Source of the DNA: Candidatus Omnitrophota bacterium
GTDB lineage: Bacteria; Omnitrophota; Gorgyraeia; Zapsychrales; Fredricksoniimonadaceae
Length of the DNA stretch: 61,587 bases
Assembly: GCA_015233165.1 (NCBI GenBank)
Contig: JADFYF010000003.1
Span: 1 to 61,587, forward strand
Reading direction: 5' to 3'
Shown here: positions 1 to 7,511 of the stretch, in pieces
How positions within the stretch are numbered: the stretch's first letter is position 1
Layout: each line of letters starts with the position of its first letter
The notes under the pieces: generated by a model
The model's input: only the letters and a program-made list of their open reading frames with translations
The model's database searches: none
Told to the model about the DNA's origin: nothing
Translations under genes and position numbers: made by a program

Positions 1-793
1 TTTCGCGGATGATTTGGGAGCCCAAGTTGTTGATTCCCTCCCCCTTTGTGGGGAGGGTTAGGGAGGAGGGATTTTGCGAATCGACCCCTCCCCTAGCCCC
101 TCCCACAAGGGGAGGGGAATCCTGTTTTGTCATCGATAGGTAATCCTCCTCCAACATCACCTTCAAACTCGACTCAACCACATACGCCGTACCCACCTTC
201 GCATTTTCATAGACAACAGCTTTCTCGGGCACAATCCACACCTTATTAAACGTATTCACCGGAATATTGGTGGTCCCGTACTTCCTTGCCGCTTCTTCAT
301 AAATCCTCTTCCAGAATTTCTTTCCCACCTCATCTTCAGGGTAAATCAACGACGCTGTAATCTGCTTGAGCATGTAATCTTCCGCCAACAGGTCTCGACC
401 CATTTCGGTTTGACCGAAAGAGTCGGGGACGATTCTGTCTTTTTCGTAAGGAGACAGGTTGACCCAAAGATCTTTCTCGGGGGTGGTTAGACTGGCGAGG
501 AAATATTTGATTAATTTGGTGGATTCGGTTTTGAGGTAATCCTCCTTCGCCAAATTGCTTTCGCGTTTGGCTTCGGAGGACGTCCTGTCCCCTTGGTCCA
601 GGACAAATTCAAACCGAAACGGATTATCGGCATGAACCTTGATCCCTTTAAGAACGGGTGGATTAAACTCTGGACTCAGATGAACCATCACTCCGGGTTT
701 AGGTAAAGAAATCTCTTGAGCTGAAACACACATGGGAGCTATGGTGTTGAGGAGGAAGGCGACAAGAATAAGGGCAATCAATGGGGTTCTCAT
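1..793 (-). CDS. Hypothetical secreted protein; the 3' end runs off the window. It is absent from the ORF track because no stop codon is reached.
   Basis: Manual reverse-complement translation from the ATG at 791-793 stays open to position 1: MRTPLIALILVAFLLNTIAPMCVSAQEISLPKPGVMVHLSPEF... The N-terminus is hydrophobic and signal-peptide-like. No family recognised. Confidence 0.6.
   Translation of the reverse strand, partial: MRTPLIALILVAFLLNTIAPMCVSAQEISLPKPGVMVHLSPEFNPPVLKGIKVHADNPFRFEFVLDQGDRTSSEAKRESNLAKEDYLKTESTKLIKYFLASLTTPEKDLWVNLSPYEKDRIVPDSFGQTEMGRDLLAEDYMLKQITASLIYPEDEVGKKFWKRIYEEAARKYGTTNIPVNTFNKVWIVPEKAVVYENAKVGTAYVVESSLKVMLEEDYLSMTKQDSPPLVGGARGGVDSQNPSSLTLPTKGEGINNLGSQIIRE
34..122. 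repeat. GC-rich nested palindromic element embedded in-frame in the CDS at 1..793
   Basis: There are two local hairpins, ccctcccc-ctttgt-ggggaggg and cccctccc-acaa-ggggagggg. They are also imperfect inverted copies of each other. The element contrasts sharply with the AT-rich flanks. It translates as ...DSPPLVGGARGGVDSQNPSSLTLPTKGEGI... Confidence 0.7.
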
Positions 794-898
794 ATCTATA
801 TATAAGTATTGCACCAAAAACCAGTAAAACAAGGGCAGAAGCGGCTTCTTAGGAAAACGCTTTATAGTAAAAAATTATTGTCTTAAATAACAATTGGC

Positions 899-1501
899 TT
901 ATTGGGCAGGAATCTTATAAATCTCATCTAGAATCTTCTGAGAGGCCGCTTCGTAGCTGGGGCATTCTGTGACATCAAAAGGTTTTCCATAGGTGACGGT
1001 CACGTGGGTTCTTGTGAAAAACTTGGCTCCCGGGGGCATGGCTTTATTGGAATCTTTCACATAGACAGGAACAATGGGAACCTTGGATTTAAGAGCTACC
1101 AATCCTGCCCCTGCCTGAGGAGGCAAAGGCTTATCATCCAGACGTCTTGTCCCTTCAGGAAAAAGCAAAACAGGATACCCTTCTTTTAAAAAATGCAAGG
1201 TCTTCTTAAGAGCCCCAAAATCACCTTCCCCACGCTTAATGGGAAATGCCCAAAGCTTCTTCATCCACCAACCCATCAGTGGACTCTTAAAAAGTTCTGC
1301 TTTAGCAAGGAAATGAAGACGCCTAGGTGTAGAGATTCCTAAAATCACAGGGTCAAGATTACTGATGTGATTGCTTGCTAGAATATACGCACCCTTCTTA
1401 GGCACGTTATCCCAACCCTTAACCGTTCGGGGAAAGAAGACGAAACTTAAAAGCTTGGTGAAGTAGTAGGTGAAGTAATATATCATTTGATTAATAGTCA
1501 A
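899..1501 (-). CDS. plsC: 1-acyl-sn-glycerol-3-phosphate acyltransferase
   Basis: HX4D acyltransferase motif NHISNLD and FPEGTR motif; about 200 aa. Confidence 0.85.
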   Translation of the reverse strand: MTINQMIYYFTYYFTKLLSFVFFPRTVKGWDNVPKKGAYILASNHISNLDPVILGISTPRRLHFLAKAELFKSPLMGWWMKKLWAFPIKRGEGDFGALKKTLHFLKEGYPVLLFPEGTRRLDDKPLPPQAGAGLVALKSKVPIVPVYVKDSNKAMPPGAKFFTRTHVTVTYGKPFDVTECPSYEAASQKILDEIYKIPAQ

Positions 1502-1529
1502 TATATGTTAATATTTAATCAAACTTAGT

Positions 1530-1602
1530 ACCCCTGTAGCTTAATTGGATAAAGCCCCTTCCGACTAAATGGGCGATGCGGGTTCAAATCCCGCCAGGGG
1601 TA
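1530..1602 (+). tRNA. tRNA-like gene; anticodon and isotype not assignable by eye
   Basis: 73 nt. Acceptor stem ACCCCTG/CAGGGGT, D arm GCTT-AATTGGATA-AAGC, T arm GCGGG-TTCAAAT-CCCGC. The 22 nt between the D and T arms (CCCTTCCGACTAAATGGGCGAT) do not form a clean 5-bp stem with a 7-nt loop. Confidence 0.6.
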
Positions 1603-1607
1603 TTAAA

Positions 1608-1645
1608 GGTCTTAAAGAATAGCCCAGGAAGAATTCTTTAAGACC
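1608..1645 (+). terminator. 13-bp perfect stem-loop directly after the tRNA-like gene
   Basis: ggtcttaaagaat - 12-nt loop - attctttaagacc. There is no clear U-tract, so this could be a terminator or a processing hairpin. Confidence 0.45.
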
Positions 1646-1728
1646 ACTCTTAAAACAAAATTATTATTGCTAGCCCCTTAAATATATTGTATATTCTAAC
1701 AGTCGGGAGGGTGCTAAGTTACAGGGTT

Positions 1729-1762
1729 CAAAAAAGAGCTGCAAGTTTTGCAGCTCTTTTTA
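1729..1762 (-). terminator. Rho-independent terminator of the mutase gene
   Basis: On the minus strand: aaagagctgcaa-aact-ttgcagctcttt followed by a T-run. It abuts the stop codon at 1760-1762. Confidence 0.8.
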
Positions 1763-3178
1763 TTTAGGATCAATTAACTTGCGACCAAACTCCAGCAAAT
1801 CCTTGGCGCGTTTCAGCGACTTGGCTTCGGAATAGATGCGAACCAGGGGTTCTGTTCCTGAGGGACGGAACATCAGCCAATCCTCGTTAGCACAAACAAG
1901 TTTGACGCCATCAAAGTCCTTCATCTCGATAACCTTCTGACCCAACACGTCTTGAATCGTCTTGAGTTTATTCAGGTCAACCTTCTTAGCATCCATGGTG
2001 TAATCCAGGCGCTGATAATAGTAGCGGCCGAATTCTTTTTCCATATCTTCGACTAACTTCTTGAAATTCTTTTTGTTGTAGACCATCATCTCCAGAAGTA
2101 AAAGACCGGCTAAGGTGCCGTCACGTTCAGGGATATAGTTAGGTAGGCCCATTCCGCCTGCTTCTTCCCCGCCAGCGACGATAGGTTCAGAAACCATCAG
2201 ATCAGAAATGTATTTAAAACCAACCGGAGTCTCATAAAGTTTGCGATCCAACTTCTTGGCAATCTTATCAAGCATGGTTGTTCCGCAAAGGGTCTTGACG
2301 ATAGCCCCTTCAATCTTGCGATTACGTACCAGGTGCAAAATCAAAAGGCCCAGGATTTTCTGAGGACTGACAAATTCACCGCCGGGCATTACTGCCGCGA
2401 TACGATCCGCATCGCCATCGAGCACATGACCGAAATCAAACTTCTCCTTCTTCATGCGACTCATGATGACTTCTAAGCATTCTGGAATAGGTTCAGGTTT
2501 GCTGCCATCAAAGCTGGGATTCACATCTTCGCGCATCAGGGTCAACTTGATATTGGTGCCTTTAAGAATCTCACGCATCAAATCACGCCCGCTGCCGTGC
2601 ATAATATCCGATAAGACCTTATACTTTGCCGTCTTCATCTTCTTTAGATTGATGTAGCCACGCAGAAACTTCACGTAATCTTTCTTAAAATCATAGACAA
2701 CCACTAACCCCTTAGCCTTCGCCTCTGCAAAATCCGCGCGTTTCACTTCCGTCTGACCTAAATAATTCTCGACGGTATTTGTGATATCCTTAGGAGCAGC
2801 TCCCCCTTGGGCGGTTTTAATCTTAATCCCATTAAATTTGGCAGGATTATGGGAGGCGGTGATCATGATCCCGCAGACATTCTTTAATTGAACAACGCCA
2901 AAACTTAGCGCCGGCGTCGGAAGAGAAGTGTCGGAAAGATGAGTCTTAATGCCATTCGCCGCAAAGACTTCAGCAAAAGCCTGGGCATACTCCGCCGAGA
3001 GAAAACGATTATCATAACCCACCGAGGCTGATTTAACTGCAAATTTTGAATTGTCTTTCAGAATCCAATCTGCCACCGCCTGAGCGACGATACGGACATT
3101 CTTAAAGGTAAAGGTATCAGAGATAACCGCTCTCCAACCATCTGTTCCAAATTTGATTTCACTACGCAGGTCGCTCAT
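1760..3178 (-). CDS. Phosphoglucomutase/phosphomannomutase (alpha-D-phosphohexomutase family)
   Basis: Active-site loop TASHNPAKFNGIK, Mg loop DGDADR, sugar loop GEEAGG. AGGAG Shine-Dalgarno sequence upstream. Confidence 0.9.
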   Translation of the reverse strand: MSDLRSEIKFGTDGWRAVISDTFTFKNVRIVAQAVADWILKDNSKFAVKSASVGYDNRFLSAEYAQAFAEVFAANGIKTHLSDTSLPTPALSFGVVQLKNVCGIMITASHNPAKFNGIKIKTAQGGAAPKDITNTVENYLGQTEVKRADFAEAKAKGLVVVYDFKKDYVKFLRGYINLKKMKTAKYKVLSDIMHGSGRDLMREILKGTNIKLTLMREDVNPSFDGSKPEPIPECLEVIMSRMKKEKFDFGHVLDGDADRIAAVMPGGEFVSPQKILGLLILHLVRNRKIEGAIVKTLCGTTMLDKIAKKLDRKLYETPVGFKYISDLMVSEPIVAGGEEAGGMGLPNYIPERDGTLAGLLLLEMMVYNKKNFKKLVEDMEKEFGRYYYQRLDYTMDAKKVDLNKLKTIQDVLGQKVIEMKDFDGVKLVCANEDWLMFRPSGTEPLVRIYSEAKSLKRAKDLLEFGRKLIDPK

Positions 3179-3198
3179 GTTACTCCTTTGTTAATTTC

Positions 3199-3298
3199 GT
3201 CATTGCGAGAAACGCTTTTTGTGACGAAGCAATCTAATATGAGATTGCTTCAGTCTCTTCCTGCCTGCCGGCAGGCAGGTGCTCCTTCGCAATGACGC
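3199..3298. repeat. Composite GC-rich palindromic repeat cluster
   Basis: Outer inverted repeat cgtcattgcgag (3199-3210) / cttcgcaatgacg (3286-3298). Inner hairpin gaagcaatc (3227-3235) / gattgcttc (3244-3252). Perfect 20-nt palindrome cctgcctgccggcaggcagg (3261-3280). Confidence 0.8.
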
Positions 3299-3304
3299 TA
3301 ATTT

Positions 3305-3880
3305 TCAAATATACAATTGATGCCGACTAATATAACGAATGACGTTCTTAGGCGTCAAATACCAAATCGATTTTTTCAACTTCAAACGTTCACGGATATC
3401 GCTGGAAGAAATATCCACCGCCGGCATATTAATTTTCTGATGCGGCCAGCGTTTCGGATACGCCTTATCAAATCCCGGACGGTTCAATACCACCAGGGAC
3501 GCTAATTTCAGAATCCCTGCCGGGTCCTTCCAACGATGAAACGTTTTTAAATGATCCGCCCCCATCAGCAAGAAAAACTTTGCCTGAGGATGCTTGGCTT
3601 GCAATTCCTTAAGCGTGTCAATCGTGTAGGACACTCCCTCCCGCAACAACTCTCCTGTATAGATAGCAAACGCCTCATTGCCCTTGATCGCTGATTTGAC
3701 CATGGCCAGACGCTTATCCGAAGAAGGTAACTGGTGTCGGGATTTAAACGGTGAACAAAAGGCTGGGACGAAATAGACACAATCCAGCTTCAAAGACTCT
3801 ACTGCGCTTTGAGCCATCAGCAAATGACCAAAATGGATAGGGTCAAAACTCCCGCCTAATATGCCAATTTTCTTAATCAT
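3305..3880 (-). CDS. nadD: Nicotinate-nucleotide adenylyltransferase
   Basis: GGSFDPIHFGHL (HxGH-type) and ISSSDIR motifs; 191 aa. Confidence 0.9.
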   Translation of the reverse strand: MIKKIGILGGSFDPIHFGHLLMAQSAVESLKLDCVYFVPAFCSPFKSRHQLPSSDKRLAMVKSAIKGNEAFAIYTGELLREGVSYTIDTLKELQAKHPQAKFFLLMGADHLKTFHRWKDPAGILKLASLVVLNRPGFDKAYPKRWPHQKINMPAVDISSSDIRERLKLKKSIWYLTPKNVIRYISRHQLYI

Positions 3881-3885
3881 AGGGT

Positions 3886-3986
3886 AGATAGTGTGTACAT
3901 AGTGCTACAGGAAACTGACAGATAGTGAGACCATAGTGCTACAAGAAAATAGCCTCAAACACCTAGATAGTGCCCCCATAGTGCTA
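3886..3986. repeat. Three copies of a composite direct repeat, AGATAGTG-N4-CATAGTGCTA (six ATAGTG hexamers)
   Basis: AGATAGTG occurs at 3886, 3920 and 3965. CATAGTGCTA occurs at 3898, 3932 and 3977. The internal offset is exactly 12 nt in all three units. The array lies in the proA-nadD gap. Confidence 0.75.
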
Positions 3987-3998
3987 TATAAATGCTCT

Positions 3999-5258
3999 CT
4001 AGCCGCGGATTTGTCCGCTGCCATAAACCTCGTATTTATAGGACGTCAGGCCTTCTAACGCCATGGGCCCGCGCACATGCAACTTATCCGTGCTGATTCC
4101 CACTTCCGATCCAAAGCCAAACTCAAAACCATCCGTAAAGCGGGTGGAGGCGTTTACATAGACACAGGCGGAATCCACAGAATCTAAGAAGGCTTGCGCC
4201 TCCTTCTTGTTCTTGGTGATAATGGCATCCGAATGATGAGAGCCGTAGGTGTTGATATGCTCTATGGCCTCTGTCAGCCCATCCACTACCTTCACCGACA
4301 GAATCAAATCTAGATACTCTGTCCGCCAATCTTGTTCCGTCGCCTTATTCACGCCACCTTTGACAAGCGCGCGCGTCGCTTCATCGCCACGAATCTCACA
4401 GCCGCGAGCCTGCAGATCCACAATCATCGACGGCAGAAAATCACGTGCCACCTTGCGATCCACCAGCAAGGTCTCCATCGCATTGCAGACACCAGGTTTC
4501 TGAGTCTTCGCATTAATCACAATGTCACTGGCCATCTCTAGGTCAGCATTCTTGCTAACATAGACATGACAAATCCCCTGAAAATGTTTCACCACAGGAA
4601 TCTTGGTGTTAGCGGCCACAAAACGAATCAGCTCTTCCCCGCCGCGAGGGACAATCACGTCGACCAATTGATCCAACTTCAAGAGTTCATGAACAGCCTG
4701 ACGGTCAGTCGATTCAATGAGTTGCAGGGCATCTAAAGGAATCTTGGTCTTAGCCAGGACACTCTTAAGAATCTTGAAAATAGCTTTATTCGAATGAATC
4801 GCTTCCTTGCCACCTTTAAGAATGGCCGCATTGCCGGATTTCAAACACAACCCCGCGCAATCACTCGTCACATTCGGACGGGATTCATAGATAATACCGA
4901 CGACACCCAAAGGCACGCGCACCTTCTTAATCAACAACCCATTGGGACGTTTGATCGTTTCGAGAAGTTCACCGACAGGATCCTTCAGCTTAGAGGTTTC
5001 CACCAGGGAGTCTGCCATGGCTTTAATATTCTTAGGATTCAGCGTCAGACGATCCACCAGAGCCTTGCTGTATCCTTCGCCAGAAGCCGCTTTCAAATCC
5101 TTGGCATTCTCTTTGATCAGATAGGCCTGATTCTTCACCAGAGCTGCAGCCATCGCCTTTAGCGCAGCATTCTTCTCCTTAGACGATACCAAGGCAAAAG
5201 TGTAACTGGCTTTTCTGGCGGCTTTAGCTATTTTTAAAATGTGAGCGGATAAATTCAT
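3999..5258 (-). CDS. proA: Gamma-glutamyl phosphate reductase
   Basis: 419-aa aldehyde-dehydrogenase-like sequence with the typical ProA layout; adjacent to proB. Confidence 0.9.
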   Translation of the reverse strand: MNLSAHILKIAKAARKASYTFALVSSKEKNAALKAMAAALVKNQAYLIKENAKDLKAASGEGYSKALVDRLTLNPKNIKAMADSLVETSKLKDPVGELLETIKRPNGLLIKKVRVPLGVVGIIYESRPNVTSDCAGLCLKSGNAAILKGGKEAIHSNKAIFKILKSVLAKTKIPLDALQLIESTDRQAVHELLKLDQLVDVIVPRGGEELIRFVAANTKIPVVKHFQGICHVYVSKNADLEMASDIVINAKTQKPGVCNAMETLLVDRKVARDFLPSMIVDLQARGCEIRGDEATRALVKGGVNKATEQDWRTEYLDLILSVKVVDGLTEAIEHINTYGSHHSDAIITKNKKEAQAFLDSVDSACVYVNASTRFTDGFEFGFGSEVGISTDKLHVRGPMALEGLTSYKYEVYGSGQIRG

Positions 5259-6081
5259 GTTCAGAGTCCACGTTTAAAGTTTTGTTTTCTTTTTCCGTAA
5301 AACAAGTCCCGATACGTTCTCCGTCGACCAACTTCACCAGAACATTGGCAATGCTTCCGTTGGTAATGACACAGGGTGTGCCGGCATGGGTTGCAATTTT
5401 GACAGTGGCAATCTCAACAGCTTCAATCTTGGTTTTCATTCCTCCACGGGCCACCTGAGTATTCGCAGTCCCTGTGGATACCGTTTTGATTAAAGGAGTT
5501 ACTTCTTTAAATTCTCCCACCAGCATCTTCTTGTTCTGATCCCAGATGGCATCCACGTCAGAAAGAATAACCAACAAATCAGAATGAATCAGCTGTGATA
5601 CCAGGGCTGAAAGTTTATCATTATCACCAAATTTAATTTCTTCGGTGGAGATAGTATCGTTCTCGTTGATGATAGGAACGACACCTTGTTTTAAAATAGC
5701 GTTGAGCGTGTGTTTGGCATTCTGACAGCGAACGGAGTTATTAAAATCATCCCAGGTCAGAAGAACCTGAGCGCATTGCAATCCCACCTTCTTCAAAACC
5801 TCAGCCCACAATTTCATTAAAGCGGCTTGTCCGATAGCAGCCCGAGCCTGTAACTCAGCTAAATCCGAAGGACGTTTGCTTTCCTTAAGAACACCCATCC
5901 CAAGAACAATCGCCCCTGAAGATACAAGGACAACATCCACGTTTCGTTTACGTAATTCTTTGATTTGTTTAGCAAGAGAATAGAGATGCGTCGTTCTAGG
6001 TTGCATCTTGCCATCAGCAATCTGACTGGAACCTAATTTGACAACAACACGTTTGATGGGACGAGAAAAAGTCCGTTTCAT
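5224..6081 (-). CDS. proB: Glutamate 5-kinase (short form, no obvious PUA domain)
   Basis: Amino-acid kinase N-terminus VVKLGSS. 285 aa. Overlaps proA by 35 nt. Confidence 0.85.
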   Translation of the reverse strand: MKRTFSRPIKRVVVKLGSSQIADGKMQPRTTHLYSLAKQIKELRKRNVDVVLVSSGAIVLGMGVLKESKRPSDLAELQARAAIGQAALMKLWAEVLKKVGLQCAQVLLTWDDFNNSVRCQNAKHTLNAILKQGVVPIINENDTISTEEIKFGDNDKLSALVSQLIHSDLLVILSDVDAIWDQNKKMLVGEFKEVTPLIKTVSTGTANTQVARGGMKTKIEAVEIATVKIATHAGTPCVITNGSIANVLVKLVDGERIGTCFTEKENKTLNVDSEHEFIRSHFKNS

Positions 6082-7037
6082 AATAATTGGCGGATTTTTA
6101 CGACTAATTGATCTAGACCTTCTTTTTCCTTCGCTGAAACAGCAATAATATCTTTAGTATACTTACGCTTAAATCTAGTTAGATTCTTCTTGGCTTCCGG
6201 CAAATCCATTTTATTGGCCACTAAAATACGATGCTTCTGAGACAGATCTTCGCTGTATAAATCCAATTCCTTACACACTTGTTTATAATCTTCTAATGGA
6301 TCGCGGCCTTCTGATCCTGACATATCAATCACATGAACAAGAATCTTGGTACGTTCCGTATGTTTTAAAAACTGATGACCAAGCCCTTTTCCTTCATGAG
6401 CTCCTTCAATCAGTCCTGGCAAATCCGCAATTACAAATTTATTATCATCGTCGTCATCCACAATTCCCAAAACCGGAGCCTTGGTGGTAAAGGGATAATT
6501 GGCAATCTTAGACTTCACCTTAGAAATAGCGCAAATCATGGTCGACTTACCCGCATTAGGAAAACCAACCAGACCGACATCTGCAATGATCTTAAGTTCA
6601 AGACGAACCGTCTTCGTTTCCCCAGGTTGAGGAAGAGTCACCGTACGGTTTTTGTTATTCCCACGACCACCGACCCCACCCTTAGCGACAATAACCGTCT
6701 CACCATGAGTCGTCAAATCTCTAATCAGCAGTTCGTTATCATAATCCCAAATAACTGTTCCCACCGGCACAGGCAAGATACAATCGTCACCGTTCTTACC
6801 ACGCTTATTATTGGAACCCCCATGAGCTCCGCCCTTGGCGTCATAATGCTGTTTAAAACGATAATCTAAAAGGGTATGTAAATTGCGGTCAGCTAGAAAT
6901 ATCACATCACCGCCATTCCCCCCGTCGCCACCATTGGGTAGGGGATAACGGGTGTATTTGTCGCTATAATGGCTTTCACAACCTTTGCCACCGATACCGG
7001 CTTGAATGTGAATGCGGGCTTGATCTACAAAGGCCAT
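6078..7037 (-). CDS. obg: GTPase Obg/CgtA (short form, no C-terminal extension)
   Basis: Gly-rich Obg fold GGDGGNGGD; G1 GFPNAGKST, G3 DLPG, G4 NKMD. Confidence 0.92.
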   Translation of the reverse strand: MAFVDQARIHIQAGIGGKGCESHYSDKYTRYPLPNGGDGGNGGDVIFLADRNLHTLLDYRFKQHYDAKGGAHGGSNNKRGKNGDDCILPVPVGTVIWDYDNELLIRDLTTHGETVIVAKGGVGGRGNNKNRTVTLPQPGETKTVRLELKIIADVGLVGFPNAGKSTMICAISKVKSKIANYPFTTKAPVLGIVDDDDDNKFVIADLPGLIEGAHEGKGLGHQFLKHTERTKILVHVIDMSGSEGRDPLEDYKQVCKELDLYSEDLSQKHRILVANKMDLPEAKKNLTRFKRKYTKDIIAVSAKEKEGLDQLVVKIRQLL

Positions 7038-7038
7038 T

Positions 7039-7350
7039 TTAGGCTGAAATCTTAGCGATACGGACAGCAGTCAAATCTTCGCGATGACCGACCGTACGAG
7101 CAGAATCCTTGCGTTTGCGGTATTGATAAGCGATGGTCTTAGGACCGCGGTGATGTTTGAGAACTTCACCTTTGACTTCTACGTTCTTTAAGTATGGAGA
7201 ACCAATTTGAGTGGTTGTGCCATCAGAATAAAGCAGAACTTTATCTAAGATAATGGTCTGACCAGCGTCGAAACCTAAAAGATCTGGGTTAATAATTTCA
7301 CCTTCGGTCACTTTGTATTGGTGATTGCCTACCTGAACAACTGCGAACAT
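7039..7350 (-). CDS. rplU: 50S ribosomal protein L21
   Basis: MFAVVQVGNHQYKV... with an AAGGAG Shine-Dalgarno sequence just upstream of the ATG at 7348-7350. The 23 extra N-terminal codons in the track ORF are probably not translated. Confidence 0.9.
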   Translation of the reverse strand: MFAVVQVGNHQYKVTEGEIINPDLLGFDAGQTIILDKVLLYSDGTTTQIGSPYLKNVEVKGEVLKHHRGPKTIAYQYRKRKDSARTVGHREDLTAVRIAKISA

Positions 7351-7431
7351 ATGAAACTCCTTAATAGTTGAATCAATTTTTAAAGTGGAAATTATACACG
7401 CCATTAGGGTATACGTCAATCATTCTTCTTC

Positions 7432-7501
7432 GCTCAAATACTTTCGTGTTTGAGCTTCGAAGGAATTATTCCTGCGAAGCGTCCAAATGAAAATTTTGAC
7501 G
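7432..7501. repeat. Three consecutive hairpins downstream of rng and upstream of rplU
   Basis: gctcaaa/tttgagc (7432-7455), gcttcgaagg/cctgcgaagc (7454-7480), gcgtccaaa/ttttgacgc (7479-7501). They share the cgaagc-type motif seen in the other repeat clusters. Confidence 0.6.
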
Positions 7502-7511
7502 CGAAGCAGAA

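Noticed and set aside
1530-1760. tRNA gene as an integration hotspot for a genomic island
   Set aside because: There is no integrase, no direct repeat of the tRNA 3' end and no compositional shift on either side. The neighbours are housekeeping genes.
3886-3986. Possible CRISPR array
   Set aside because: The units are about 22 nt with irregular spacings of 34 and 45 nt. There are only three copies and no cas genes, so this is not CRISPR-like.
6375-6869. 164-aa plus-strand ORF. Similar long antisense ORFs occur at 4794..5162, 47392..47799, 48891..49256 and 27471..27791, among others.
   Set aside because: All lie antisense to, and fully inside, well-supported genes (obg, proA, pstB, pstA/pstC, glgB). 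Their products are low-complexity and Arg/Ser/Leu-rich with no motifs. They are shadow ORFs.
7351-7419. N-terminal extensions of track ORFs: rplU here, and likewise pilM 12970-13017, marC 58515-58577, FKBP 53873-54028 and the SBP 56411-56455
   Set aside because: Internal ATGs with good Shine-Dalgarno sequences give canonical N-termini or signal peptides. The extensions overlap upstream genes or repeats.
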